Source: Verrucomicrobiia bacterium (GTDB taxonomy: Bacteria > Verrucomicrobiota > Verrucomicrobiia > Limisphaerales > UBA11358). From it: DNA of 64,000 nucleotides. The position numbers and the translations under genes were made by a program. The DNA lies in contig DASZXB010000047.1 of the NCBI GenBank assembly GCA_035546095.1, positions 26,905 through 90,904 on the forward strand, written 5' to 3'. Below, piece by piece: positions 19,631 to 30,692 of this stretch. The notes under the pieces are model-generated. The model worked only from the letters and a program-made list of their open reading frames with translations. It did not search any database and had not been told where the DNA came from. How positions within the stretch are numbered: position 1 is the first letter of the stretch; every line of letters starts with the position of its first letter.

Positions 19631-20044
19631 ATGAATTACTGGCTCGTGAAATCTGAACCCGAAGCGTATTCGTGGTCGCAATTCGTCAAAGATGGTAAAA
19701 CTGCGTGGACCGGCGTGCGCAATTTCGCCGCGCGACTCAATCTCCGCGCGATGAAAAAGGGCGACGCTGTTTTTTTTTATTATAGCGGCGAAGAAAAATC
19801 CGTGGTCGGCCTCGCGCGCGTGGAAAAAGAATTTTATCCCGACCCAACCGCCGAAGAAGGCGATTGGTCGTGCGTGGATTTGAAAGTGGAAAAACCGCTG
19901 GCCAAACCCGTGACACTCGCGCAAATCAAAGCGGACAAAGTTTTGAAGGAAATGGTTTTCGTGAAACAATCGCGCCTGTCCATTTCACCGTTGAACGAAA
20001 CGCAGTTCAAACGATTGCTCGCGTTGTCGGAAACAAAACTTTGA
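19631..20044 (+). CDS. EVE (PUA-like) domain protein
   Basis: [15 protein letters not shown]...[20 protein letters not shown]. Confidence 0.8.
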   Translation: MNYWLVKSEPEAYSWSQFVKDGKTAWTGVRNFAARLNLRAMKKGDAVFFYYSGEEKSVVGLARVEKEFYPDPTAEEGDWSCVDLKVEKPLAKPVTLAQIKADKVLKEMVFVKQSRLSISPLNETQFKRLLALSETKL

Positions 20045-20052
20045 TTCATTTC

Positions 20053-20080
20053 CGGTGGGGACGAGCGTCCTCGCGAGCCG
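20053..20080. repeat. half copy of the GGTGGGGCGAGCGTCC-family element
   Basis: ggtggggacgagcgtcctcgcgagccg matches the left arm of 3614-3692. No matching right arm was found. Confidence 0.5.
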
Positions 20081-20175
20081 AAAATATGCTGCGAAAATTC
20101 TTGTTGCCTCACGTGCAATTTTTGTTAAACAGCGTTCGTTCCCGTTCAACCAACAACCCGCAAATCCTAAATCCC

Positions 20176-20760
20176 ATGAGCGAACCCACTCAAATCAAAG
20201 ACACCACTGGCAATCCCGCGCCGCTCGGACTGCTCGGCTTCGGCACGACCACCGTGCTGCTCAATATGCACAATGCTGGATTTTTTGAACTCAACGCCAT
20301 GATTCTCGCGATGGGCATCTGCTACGGCGGCATCGCGCAGGTCATCGCCGGCATCATGGAATGGAAAAAAGGAAACACCTTTGCCACGACCGCGTTCATT
20401 TCCTACGGATTTTTCTGGCTCTCGCTCGTCGTGTTGATTGCGCTGCCGAAAATCGGCTTCACCGCCGCCGATGAAAACGCGATGGCCGCGTATCTCGCCG
20501 TCTGGGGAATTTTCACCGCCGTCATGTTCATCGGCACGTTCCGGTTGAACCGCGCGCTACAAGTCGTCTTCGGCACGCTGACGATTCTGTTTTTCCTGCT
20601 GGCCTACGCGGATTACGCCAGCGCGAGCGCGGACTTCAAACATTTCACCGGCTACGAAGGCATTGTCTGCGGTGCGGCGGCGCTTTACACCGGCCTCGCG
20701 CAAATCCTGAACGAACTTTACGGAAAAATTATTTGGCCGCTTGGAACGGTGAAGAAATAA
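20176..20760 (+). CDS. GPR1/FUN34/YaaH-family acetate/succinate channel
   Basis: [11 protein letters not shown] signature and six TM segments. ATG at 20176. Confidence 0.8.
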   Translation: MSEPTQIKDTTGNPAPLGLLGFGTTTVLLNMHNAGFFELNAMILAMGICYGGIAQVIAGIMEWKKGNTFATTAFISYGFFWLSLVVLIALPKIGFTAADENAMAAYLAVWGIFTAVMFIGTFRLNRALQVVFGTLTILFFLLAYADYASASADFKHFTGYEGIVCGAAALYTGLAQILNELYGKIIWPLGTVKK

Positions 20761-20776
20761 AATTTTGTCAAAAAAT

Positions 20777-21835
20777 TTATTCATTTGCACAGCAAAGTCT
20801 GACAGTCACGTTTGTTGATTTGCCCGGCTCCGAAACGAATTGGATTTGGCTACCGTGGGCGGTCGCAATCCATTGGGCGATGCTCAAACCAAGTCCGCAG
20901 CCTTCGATGGAGTTGTTGTGACTTGTGTCGCCTCGAAAAAATCGTTCGAACACGCGCGACTGCAATTCCGGCGCAACGCCTTCGCTGGTGTTTTCAATTT
21001 TTAATATGGCAAATCCGTTCATGCGACTTAAGGAAAAATTTACCGTGCCATTTGACCAATTATATTTGACGGCATTGTCTGTGAGGTTCAATAGCAATTG
21101 CCGCAGACGATGCCGGTCGGCATAAATGGTTACTTCATCGCAGGCACATAAGTTGACTTGAATGTTTTGCGATTGCGCCAGAATTTTTGCGTCGGCAAGA
21201 TTTTCACGCACCAATTCGTCTAAACGCACGGATTCAAAGTTAAGTTTGATTTGCCCGGCGTCAGCTTTGGTAAGCAACGTCAGTCCATCAACGATTTTCG
21301 CGAGCCGCTCGATTTCATCAATCTGGCTCAAGTGCCGTTCTTTTTGAATCGTCGTCAAGTTTTCTTCGCGCAAGGCGGTTTCCAATTCGCCACGCAGCAC
21401 CGTGAGCGGCGTTTTCAATTCATGCGAGGCGTGCAGCGTAAATTCGCGGATGTGTTGAAAGGAATCGTCGAGCCGTAATGTCATGGCGTTGAAAACTTCG
21501 GTGAGGCGATCCAATTCGTCGCCATTTTTAGCGCGCGGCAATTGCTCATGCAGATTGCTTTCGTGAATTTTTTCGACCGCTTTTGTCAATTGCGTCACTG
21601 GCGCGAGCGCGCTTCGAGTAATCCACCAGCCGCCAAGCAGCCCAAACAAAATAGCGGGCAATCCAATCTCAAAAATCATTTCATCTGTTTCGCCAAATGG
21701 ATTTTCTGCCGGCTCGTGGTTTTTCTCGCGCTGAAACAGTTCTGAAATCTGATAGTAAGTTCCGATTCCAATAATCAGAAGGGAAACGACAAGGATTGTC
21801 GCATACCATAAAGTTAAGCGTGTGCGAATTTTCAT
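20777..21835 (-). CDS. sensor histidine kinase (TM-HAMP-HisKA-HATPase)
   Basis: H-box HASHELKTPLT, an N-box (NAVKY) and a G-box (GCGLGLSI). Confidence 0.85.
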   Translation of the reverse strand: MKIRTRLTLWYATILVVSLLIIGIGTYYQISELFQREKNHEPAENPFGETDEMIFEIGLPAILFGLLGGWWITRSALAPVTQLTKAVEKIHESNLHEQLPRAKNGDELDRLTEVFNAMTLRLDDSFQHIREFTLHASHELKTPLTVLRGELETALREENLTTIQKERHLSQIDEIERLAKIVDGLTLLTKADAGQIKLNFESVRLDELVRENLADAKILAQSQNIQVNLCACDEVTIYADRHRLRQLLLNLTDNAVKYNWSNGTVNFSLSRMNGFAILKIENTSEGVAPELQSRVFERFFRGDTSHNNSIEGCGLGLSIAQWIATAHGSQIQFVSEPGKSTNVTVRLCCANE

Positions 21836-22500
21836 TTTCTTAAAACATAGCCAACACCACGAATAGTGTGCAGTAATTTAAGATCAAACCCGTCATCTAC
21901 TTTTTCACGCAGACGTTTAATGTAAACATCCACCAAATTTGTGCCCGGATCAAAATTGTAGTCCCAAACTTTTTCTATTATGCTCATGCGCCCGCAGATA
22001 TGACCGCCTGAACGCATCAAAAATTCCAAAAGACGGAATTCACGTGTCGTCAGATCGAAGACTTTTCCGTTGCGATGAGCGCGATGTGAAATTGTGTCCA
22101 ACGTAAGATCGGCTATTTTCAACAACGTGAGGTTTGTGTTTTTACCGCGCCGTCCCAAAGCCCGTATGCGAGCGACCAATTCGGCAATGACAAATGGCTT
22201 TGGCAAATAATCATCGGCGCCTGCGTTCAATCCTTCGATACGTTCGTTAACCGCACCACGCGCAGAAAGCAATAGAACGGGGGTTTTGTTGCCGCGCGCG
22301 CGAATTTGTTGTAAAACGCTCAAACCGTCCCGCCCTTGTAACATTATATCGAGCACTATGACATCAAATGAAGTAGTGGCAGTTGTCATCAGTGCAATGT
22401 CACCATTATGGCAACAATCTGAGATGAAACCTTCCGCTCGGAGTGCTTTGCGAATAAAGGCGGCAGTTTTTTTTTCATCTTCTACAATGAATACATGCAT
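21832..22500 (-). CDS. OmpR/PhoB-family response regulator
   Basis: REC domain (VLDIMLQGRDG) plus a winged-helix Trans_reg_C domain (TIRGVGYVLRK). Overlaps the kinase gene by 4 nt. Confidence 0.9.
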   Translation of the reverse strand: MHVFIVEDEKKTAAFIRKALRAEGFISDCCHNGDIALMTTATTSFDVIVLDIMLQGRDGLSVLQQIRARGNKTPVLLLSARGAVNERIEGLNAGADDYLPKPFVIAELVARIRALGRRGKNTNLTLLKIADLTLDTISHRAHRNGKVFDLTTREFRLLEFLMRSGGHICGRMSIIEKVWDYNFDPGTNLVDVYIKRLREKVDDGFDLKLLHTIRGVGYVLRK

Positions 22501-22888
22501 AAAAATTTAGAGACATACTTAAATTGAGGCTGATGGCCTTGCGTCAACCATCATCAGCAGTTTGCTAGCAATTTTCGTGATTCAATCTGAATCCAAGTTA
22601 AACTCAAAATGAATTTTTTGTCATTTTTGAAAACGGCATATGTCATTATTGAGTAAAGATAATCCTCACAAAAACAAGGCTTTTGAATCATTTGCCAGTT
22701 ATTAATGTTCGATGCTGATTACTGATATGTCTCAAAAGTTACCTTAACCACATTTCAATGCTTTGTCGCGGATAAGTCAGCTTTAATTGAAATGCTGTCA
22801 TCGTGTATTTGATAACAATGACAATTTTTTAATCGTTTGATGGCGATTTAATTCTGGTTTGTTTCCCTTTTCAACCTTTAATGACGAC

Positions 22889-23923
22889 ATGAATTTGCCG
22901 TCGCATCGCCGATATGCATTATCTATCGTAATTCCTGTTTTTAACGAAGAACCCTTGTTGCCAACATTGTTTGCTGAACTTGAAAAGGCTGCCGAGGGGC
23001 TTCTTAAGCCATACGGCCCTGTGGAAATTGTATTGTGCAATGACGGTAGCAGCGACAAAAGTTGGGATATGATTGTGACTTATTGCCAAAATCATCCTGA
23101 TTACATAGGTGTTAACCTTTCGCGGAATTTTGGTCAGCAACTTGCGCTTATTGCAGGACTGGAAACTGCTCGAGGCGATGTCGTCGTTTCAATGGATGCG
23201 GACTTGCAGGATCCGCTGGCATTGATACCGGAGATGTTAAAATCATATTACCGTGGCTACGAAGTCGTTCACGCCACACGCCTCACACGTGGCAAGGAAA
23301 CATTAAAAAAGCGCCTTACTGCATATCTTTTCTACTTTTTAATCGAGCGTATTAGCGGTGTGCCGGTTCTAAAAAATACTGGCGATTTCAGGTTATTAAG
23401 CCGGCGAGCGCTGACTGAATTGTCTCGCTTAAAAGAAACACATCTTTTTTTGCGCGGCATGGTTCCATGGATAGGTTTTCCTCAAACACAAGTTTTTTAT
23501 GAGCGAGCAGAACGGGTTAGAGGTGAAACCCACTATCCATTTTGGAAAATGCTGCGATTTGCATTCGATGGTATCGCTTCCATGTCTATCGCGCCGCTGC
23601 GGTTGGCTTATATTTTTTCACTTCTGCTGTTTGGTGTTTTTGTCGGTTATATTTTTTATGTCTTATACGAACATTTTATACGTGGACATTCACTTGTTCC
23701 GGGTTGGACTTCCATCATGTCCGCCATCACTATTTTTGGCACGATTCAATTGGTGCTGTTCGGACTGTTCGGCGAATACCTCGGTCGCATTTATGAACAA
23801 TCTAAAAATCGGCCGCTATTTATCATTCAAGATGTGGTGCAAGCCGAACTTAAAACCATCAAAAGCGAATGCAATTTATTAAGAACATCGGACTTGTCAA
23901 ATTCGTTGCCATCCTTGTCTTAG
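22889..23923 (+). CDS. family-2 glycosyltransferase, polyprenyl-phosphate glycosyltransferase type (ArnC/GtrB-like)
   Basis: LSIVIPVFNEE and DADLQDP (DxD) motifs with two C-terminal TM helices. Confidence 0.8.
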   Translation: MNLPSHRRYALSIVIPVFNEEPLLPTLFAELEKAAEGLLKPYGPVEIVLCNDGSSDKSWDMIVTYCQNHPDYIGVNLSRNFGQQLALIAGLETARGDVVVSMDADLQDPLALIPEMLKSYYRGYEVVHATRLTRGKETLKKRLTAYLFYFLIERISGVPVLKNTGDFRLLSRRALTELSRLKETHLFLRGMVPWIGFPQTQVFYERAERVRGETHYPFWKMLRFAFDGIASMSIAPLRLAYIFSLLLFGVFVGYIFYVLYEHFIRGHSLVPGWTSIMSAITIFGTIQLVLFGLFGEYLGRIYEQSKNRPLFIIQDVVQAELKTIKSECNLLRTSDLSNSLPSLS

Positions 23924-25323
23924 TCGTCACGGCTTTTCGTTTGTGGTATGCGACAAAAATTGGACTCGTAGGCGATGAAGCTTATTATTGGCTTTGGTCA
24001 AAACATCTGGCCGCCTCCTATCGTGACAAGGGTCCCGCAGTAGCCTGGACGATAGCTTTAGGGACGGAAATCTTCGGCAATAATATCTTTGGAATTCGTT
24101 TTTTCGCGGTGGTATTGAGCGGTGGTACTGCTTGGCTGCTCTTTCTTTTGGCTCGCAAACTTTACGATGAACACATCGCTTTATGGTGCCTGTTGATGGC
24201 CGCTGTCACCCCCATGTTAGCTGTCGGTTCCATTTTAATGACGATAGACCCATTAAGTGTGTTCTTTTGGACATTGGCAGCACTCTTGTTTTGGGCTGCG
24301 TTGCATAATGCAGATGATTTGATTTGGTTTTGGCTCGGCTTAGCTATTGGCGCGGGTTTTCTCGCTAAATTCACCAATGGTGTCCAATTAATTTGTATCG
24401 CATTTTTTCTAATATGGACGAAGGATTACCGTTCATTACTTTTCAGTCGCAAGATTTTATTTTTAGGCATAGCCTTCCTGCTTGCCTGCATTCCGATACT
24501 TTGGTGGAATATACGAACCGGCTGGGTTCACATTACAGCGCTACATTCACGCAGTGGCGTAACAGACACATTCAAAATTCATCCCCACCAGTTGATCAAT
24601 TTCATTTTTGAACAATTTATTGTGGTTTCACCGCTTTTTATGGCTGGAATCATAGTTGCCGCTATTTTTTTGTTAAAACCAAACATTGATTTGCGCACAA
24701 AATTTCTATTGAGTCAATTTCTGCCGATTTACGGCTTATTTATGTTTTTCAGCCTTAATAGTGCCGGCAAACCCAATTGGACTGTGCCCGCGCTGGTCAC
24801 CGGAATCGTTTTTACCACAAACTTTTGGTATCGTCTGGCTTTGCGCAAACCAGTTTGCCGTTGCGGAATAGCTGTTGCTTTTGCGGTGGCTTTGATTATG
24901 ACAACATTTTTACATATCGCTAATTTCTTGCCTCTGCCTCAAAAATTAGACCCCATGCGTCGCGCGCAAGGTTGGCCGGATTTCGCAACGCATATTGAAA
25001 AAGCGCGATCGGATTATCACACAAACCTGTTGATCGGATCGCACTATTCAATTGCAAGCTTGATGTCATTTTACTTACCCGACCAACCGACCACTTATTT
25101 GCCGCCCGGGCCGTATGGCAGTTCACAGTTTTCACTTTGGCTTACTTACCGGGTTACACCGGATTCACGTGCTCTTTTTGTTGCTTCAAACACGCAACAA
25201 GCCTCGCTAGATACTTTGCATAAACAATTCAAGGAAATCAGATTGATTGATGATTTTTGGTCGGAGCATTATCGGCAGAAAATAAACCATTTTTATATTT
25301 TCCTTTGTTCAAATGGTAGTTAG
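23869..25323 (+). CDS. ArnT/PMT-like (GT39/GT83) membrane glycosyltransferase
   Basis: Polytopic protein of about 12 TM segments. The early loop GDEAYYWLWS resembles the ArnT/PMT DE motif. Overlaps the GT2 gene. Confidence 0.7.
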   Translation: MQFIKNIGLVKFVAILVLVVTAFRLWYATKIGLVGDEAYYWLWSKHLAASYRDKGPAVAWTIALGTEIFGNNIFGIRFFAVVLSGGTAWLLFLLARKLYDEHIALWCLLMAAVTPMLAVGSILMTIDPLSVFFWTLAALLFWAALHNADDLIWFWLGLAIGAGFLAKFTNGVQLICIAFFLIWTKDYRSLLFSRKILFLGIAFLLACIPILWWNIRTGWVHITALHSRSGVTDTFKIHPHQLINFIFEQFIVVSPLFMAGIIVAAIFLLKPNIDLRTKFLLSQFLPIYGLFMFFSLNSAGKPNWTVPALVTGIVFTTNFWYRLALRKPVCRCGIAVAFAVALIMTTFLHIANFLPLPQKLDPMRRAQGWPDFATHIEKARSDYHTNLLIGSHYSIASLMSFYLPDQPTTYLPPGPYGSSQFSLWLTYRVTPDSRALFVASNTQQASLDTLHKQFKEIRLIDDFWSEHYRQKINHFYIFLCSNGS

Positions 25324-25438
25324 AACATCCAAAATAGTTCATCGTTTCTCCTTCTTGCCAATAGTAGATTTATCACCTTATCTAAGCTAGCTCCAAAATA
25401 ATTTTCGCGCGACTCAAAATTTATTTTTTCGAAAAATC

Positions 25439-26209
25439 ATGAGCAAAGAACAACAATACGTTTTGAGCAAAGTGCCGGAAGTCACTTTCATTTTTTGGCT
25501 CACAAAAATTCTAGCCACGACGCTTGGCGAAACAGGCGGTGATATGCTGTCCATGTCCATGAATCTTGGCTATCTATTAAGCACGGGAATTTTTGTCGTC
25601 ATTTTTGCCGTTGCGGTGACAATCCAAGTTTCGACCAAAAAATTTCATCAGGTCATTTATTGGATAACTATTGTCGCGACGACAACCGTTGGAACGACAC
25701 TTGCCGATTTCGCCGACCGTTCATTACATATCGGTTATGGCGGAGGCACGATGATTTTATTAATTTTGCTTTTAGCGTCGCTCGCCGCGTGGAAAAATTT
25801 TCTCGGTTCAGTCGCGGTGGACACGGTGAATTCTCCCAAATCGGAGGTTTTTTACTGGGTCACCATCATGTGCTCGCAAACGCTTGGCACGGCGCTTGGC
25901 GATTGGACGGCGGACACGGAAGGCGTCGGCTACGGCGGTGGAATTTTCTTATTCGGCGGAATCCTCGCAGTCATCACGGTGTTTTATTTCTTCACAAAAA
26001 TTTCGCGCACGATTTTATTTTGGTCGGCGTTCATCCTGACGCGCCCGCTCGGCGCGGTTCTTGGCGACTTCATGGACAAACCCAGAAGCAACGGCGGTTT
26101 GGAGATGAACCGTTACGCGGCGTCAGCGGCATTGGTGCTGCTGATGGTATTTTTTATTTTTGTGTTTTCGCGCAAGCCGGCGAAGCATTTGAACTCGCAA
26201 AACAACTGA
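25439..26209 (+). CDS. repeat-containing integral membrane protein (COG4705/DUF347-like)
   Basis: Internal repeats of the type FW.TKIL.TTLGETGGD / YWITIVATTTVGTTLAD / YWVTIMCSQTLGTALGD / FWSAFILTRPLGAVLGD. Confidence 0.6.
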   Translation: MSKEQQYVLSKVPEVTFIFWLTKILATTLGETGGDMLSMSMNLGYLLSTGIFVVIFAVAVTIQVSTKKFHQVIYWITIVATTTVGTTLADFADRSLHIGYGGGTMILLILLLASLAAWKNFLGSVAVDTVNSPKSEVFYWVTIMCSQTLGTALGDWTADTEGVGYGGGIFLFGGILAVITVFYFFTKISRTILFWSAFILTRPLGAVLGDFMDKPRSNGGLEMNRYAASAALVLLMVFFIFVFSRKPAKHLNSQNN

Positions 26210-26216
26210 CGAAAAT

Positions 26217-27746
26217 TCAGTTTCCAAAAGTCTCGGCGACGCTTTCGCAGATTACGGCGACGATTTTTTCCAATTGCGCCTGCGTCGTGCAATACGGCGG
26301 CATCAGCACAATCACGTTGCCAATCGGTCGCGTCAAAACACCGCGCTTGGCCATTTCATCGCACACACGGATGCCCGCGCGCTCGCGCAAATCAAACGGC
26401 TCGCGCGTCTGCCAATTTTTCACCAACTCAATTCCAGCAATCAAACCCACTTGCCGCATGTCGCCGACATTTGGCAATTGCCAAAGCGATTGCAATTCGT
26501 CGCGCAGATTTTTTTCCAGATTTTGCCGCGCGCGGATTGAATTTTCACTTTGCAAAATTTGCAGACTCGCCAACGCCGCGCTTGCGCCAAGTTGATTGCT
26601 GGTGTAACTGTGCCCGTGAAAAAACGTTTTGAACTTGTGATATTCGCCGAGAAAGGCGTTGAAAATTTCTTGCGTCGTCAACGTCGCTGCCATCGGTAGA
26701 TAACCGCCGGTCAAACCTTTTGCGAGACAGAGTAAATCCGGCTGCACGTTTTCGTGCTGGCAGGCAAATAACGTAGCGCAGGCATCTTGCCTGCGTTTTT
26801 TATCTTTCAAGTCCACAGGCTGGAAGCCTGCGCTACTTTCTCCAGTTCTTCCAAATCCGGTCATCACTTCATCCGCAATCAACAATGCGCCGTGTGCACG
26901 CGCAATTTCCGAAACGCGCTTGAGCCAGCCTACTGGTTGCGGAATCATTCCTGCTGCGCCTTGCATCAATGGCTCAAACACAAATGCGGCAAATGGATTT
27001 CCTTTTTTCTTTTGCGTGGAAAATTTTTGCTCCACTTTGCCGACACATTCAAAATGGCATTTACGGTAATTCCGCGCATCGTCGCGTTCCGGCTTCGCGC
27101 GATTGAATTTGCAACGATAACAATACGGCGATATCACTTTGTCCGATTTGAAAAGCAATCCGCCGTAAGCCTTGTGAAATAAATCAATGTGGCCGAGCGA
27201 AACCGCGCCAACCGTATCGCCGTGATACGCGCCATCGAGCGAAAGAAATCGAGGGTTTTTGATTTTCTTCGCTCGTCGCGAAAATTCATAAGCGAGTTTC
27301 AACGCGACTTCAAGCGCAGTCGAGCCGTCGTCGCTGAAAAAAACTTTGTCCAAATATGGAGCGCGGAACGCGGAGCGTGGAATTTTTACGCCGCGTTTTA
27401 TTTTTCTTGATTCCGCATTCCGCATTCCGCATTCCGCATTTTTAACGAGTTTTCCCGCCAACAAACTGGCCGGTTCATTCGCGAATCCAAGTGCGGAACT
27501 GTGCGCGATTTTTTTTAATTGCCGCGAAATCGCCGCGTTGATTTTCGGATGATTATGGCCGTGCAGGTTTGTCCAGATGGAAGAATTGGCGTCCAAAAAT
27601 TTTCTGCCGCGCGCGTCACGCAATTCCGCGCCTTTGCCTTCGACAATCACAATCGGCTCGCGTCTCAGCCAATCGCGCATTTGCGTGAACGGATGCCAGA
27701 CAAATTTGCGGTCGAGTTGCGCCAGTTTGTTCATCATCAAGTCCAA
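26217..27746 (-). CDS. bioA: adenosylmethionine-8-amino-7-oxononanoate aminotransferase with two in-frame insertions
   Basis: DEVMTGFGRTG...LFACQHENVQPDLLCLAKGLTGGY (PLP lysine region) and VFFSDDGSTA. At 509 aa it is longer than I recall typical BioA to be (about 430-460 aa), because of repeat-derived inserts. Confidence 0.85.
   Translation of the reverse strand: MDLMMNKLAQLDRKFVWHPFTQMRDWLRREPIVIVEGKGAELRDARGRKFLDANSSIWTNLHGHNHPKINAAISRQLKKIAHSSALGFANEPASLLAGKLVKNAECGMRNAESRKIKRGVKIPRSAFRAPYLDKVFFSDDGSTALEVALKLAYEFSRRAKKIKNPRFLSLDGAYHGDTVGAVSLGHIDLFHKAYGGLLFKSDKVISPYCYRCKFNRAKPERDDARNYRKCHFECVGKVEQKFSTQKKKGNPFAAFVFEPLMQGAAGMIPQPVGWLKRVSEIARAHGALLIADEVMTGFGRTGESSAGFQPVDLKDKKRRQDACATLFACQHENVQPDLLCLAKGLTGGYLPMAATLTTQEIFNAFLGEYHKFKTFFHGHSYTSNQLGASAALASLQILQSENSIRARQNLEKNLRDELQSLWQLPNVGDMRQVGLIAGIELVKNWQTREPFDLRERAGIRVCDEMAKRGVLTRPIGNVIVLMPPYCTTQAQLEKIVAVICESVAETFGN
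26773..26836. repeat. hairpin repeat element embedded in frame in bioA
   Basis: gtagcgcaggc...gcctgcgctac is an 11-bp terminal inverted repeat with inner hairpins gcaggca-tctt-gcctgc and caggct-ggaa-gcctg. It encodes ESSAGFQPVDLKDKKRRQDACAT. Confidence 0.7.
27358..27440. repeat. GGAATGCGG-family hairpin repeat embedded in frame in bioA
   Basis: ggagcgcggaacgcggagcgtggaat faces a (ttccgca)x4 heptamer run. It encodes ...ECGMRNAESRKIKRGVKIPRSAFRAP... Confidence 0.7.
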
Positions 27747-27749
27747 AGT

Positions 27750-28918
<1,169 letters not shown>

Positions 28919-28937
<19 letters not shown>

Positions 28938-30166
28938 TTGCCGTCAATCATACTGGTGGAAATAGTTGACGAATGGTGCAATACGGCATCGTAAATGTCT
29001 GTAATTTTTCCGTCGAATGGAATCGCAATCAAATCGGCGAAAGCGTTTTCCAAGATTTCGCCGGTTTGCTCAGCCAGACCAAGCGCACGCGCGCCGTTTG
29101 CCGTCGCCATTCGCAAAATTGTTTGCGGTGGCAAATTAGGGTTGGTTTGGGCGAACAGTTGCATTTCGCGAAACAGATTTAATTCGGGATTTTCTTTGCC
29201 GTTTTTGCGAATGGTGGCAAGGCTATCCGTGCCGAGACAAATATTGATGCCGGATTTCAACAATTTTTCCACCGGAAATTTTAGGTGGCGAAAATAATCG
29301 TGGCTGCCCGGGCAATGAACGACGCTGGCGTTTCGTCGCGCGAGCAAATCAAAGTCAGTTTCGGCCAGATAATTCGCGTGAACGGCGAGAAAATTTTCTG
29401 CGAGCAGCCCGGCGCGCGCCAAATGTGCGACCGGCGAGCCGAGGCCGCAATCGGAATTATCACGTTCGTTTTTTTCCAACCAGCGAAACATTTCACCTTG
29501 CGCGCGCGCAAACATTTCAAATTCCTGTTCGGATTCGGAAACATGAGTGGTGATTCGCAATTTTTTTGCGCGCGCCATTTCCGCGCAAAGCTGGAGCAGT
29601 TCCGGCGAAGTGGAGTAGGGCGCGTGGGGCGACAATCCGGTGCGACAACGTGAATGCGCGAGTAAATTTATTTTTTCAACTGCATCGTCGAGAATTTCTT
29701 TTGGTTGACGTTTGGAGCGAACGCCGGTCATTTCCAGAAACGAAAAGATTCGCAGCGGCGTTGAATTCCAAACTTCGGGCAGTAATTCAGGAATGGCTTC
29801 AATATCAGCGACGGTTGTTGTTCCGGTTTGCAAAAGCATTTTTGCGCCGTCGAGCCATGATTTTGCGTAATCGGTATAACTCCACGCGGCTTTGGCGGCG
29901 AGCATTCGCGGAATCCAATCAGTGAATGTTTTTGGCGGCGATAATAATCCGACCATGTCGGTGTAATCCAAATGGCAATGGGCGTTGACCAGGCCGGGCA
30001 ATAAAATGGAATCGCCCAAATCAAATATTTTTTCGCCGGAACTTTTTGAGAAGTCATTCCACTTGCCGACGGCGCGGATTTTATTTTCAGAAATGATGAC
30101 CGCGCCGCTTTCAATCGGCGGTTGCGAAATCGGCAGGACAATTCGCGCACGAAGAATCACGGTCAA
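28919..30166 (-). CDS. metal-dependent amidohydrolase (chlorohydrolase/deaminase-like)
   Basis: PGLVNAHCHLD HxH metal motif in a 415-aa protein. The specific substrate cannot be called from sequence alone. Confidence 0.65.
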
Positions 30167-30516
30167 TCTCCGGTGGCGTGTCTGACATTTTTGAATTTGG
30201 CGGCGACTTTGTGTTTTTTCGCTTTGTGTTTATTGTGACGCTTGCGGATTTGTTGCTCGATTTTTTTAGTGACGCGGTCAACCGCCGCGTATAAATCGCT
30301 TTCGCGGTCTTCGGCAAACAAATCCGGCCCGCGCACGGCAAGGCGCATGGAGCAACTGAATTGTTTTTCGGGCACGCGCGTGTGGTCATGCTCAAGCGTG
30401 ACACGCGCATCTATCGCGCGTTTGTCAAAATGATCGAGTTTTTCCAAACGCTTGACGACATGGTCTTCAATGGCTTTAGTGAGCGTTATATTGTGCGTTG
30501 AAAGAATCAACTTCAT
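30163..30516 (-). CDS. hpf: ribosome hibernation promoting factor (short HPF/RaiA type)
   Basis: MKLILSTHNITLTKAIEDHVVKRLEKLDHF..., the sigma-54 modulation protein fold family. Confidence 0.85.
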   Translation of the reverse strand: MKLILSTHNITLTKAIEDHVVKRLEKLDHFDKRAIDARVTLEHDHTRVPEKQFSCSMRLAVRGPDLFAEDRESDLYAAVDRVTKKIEQQIRKRHNKHKAKKHKVAAKFKNVRHATGD

Positions 30517-30586
30517 AATGGTAATTTGCCGCCAGCACAGAAGAAAATCCAGTTTTTACTCAATTATCGGAGTTGGAAGGACTTCT

Positions 30587-30619
30587 AATTAAAGTTACAC
30601 AATGTTTGCTTAAATTAGC
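30587..30619 (+). repeat. left dif-like att junction
   Basis: aattaaagttacacaa-tgtttg-cttaaattagc. The left arm and tgtttg core are shared with 38785-38806. Confidence 0.6.
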
Positions 30620-30692
30620 CCCATGAACATTGAATAACATAAAAAAATATAAGCATTTATTTAATTAGAAAAAAAATGTTGACAGTCGAAAT

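Noticed and set aside
22501-22888. Possible OmpR-type direct repeats (tcaatgctttgtc / gaaatgctgtc) in the divergent A/T-rich intergenic region
   Set aside because: There are only two loosely similar 11-13-mers at irregular spacing. This is not enough to call a binding site.
25660-26595. 311-aa plus-strand ORF overlapping the DUF347-like gene and the 3' end of bioA
   Set aside because: It is out of frame with a repeat-structured membrane protein and antisense to bioA. The translation is Arg/Gly/His-rich and implausible.
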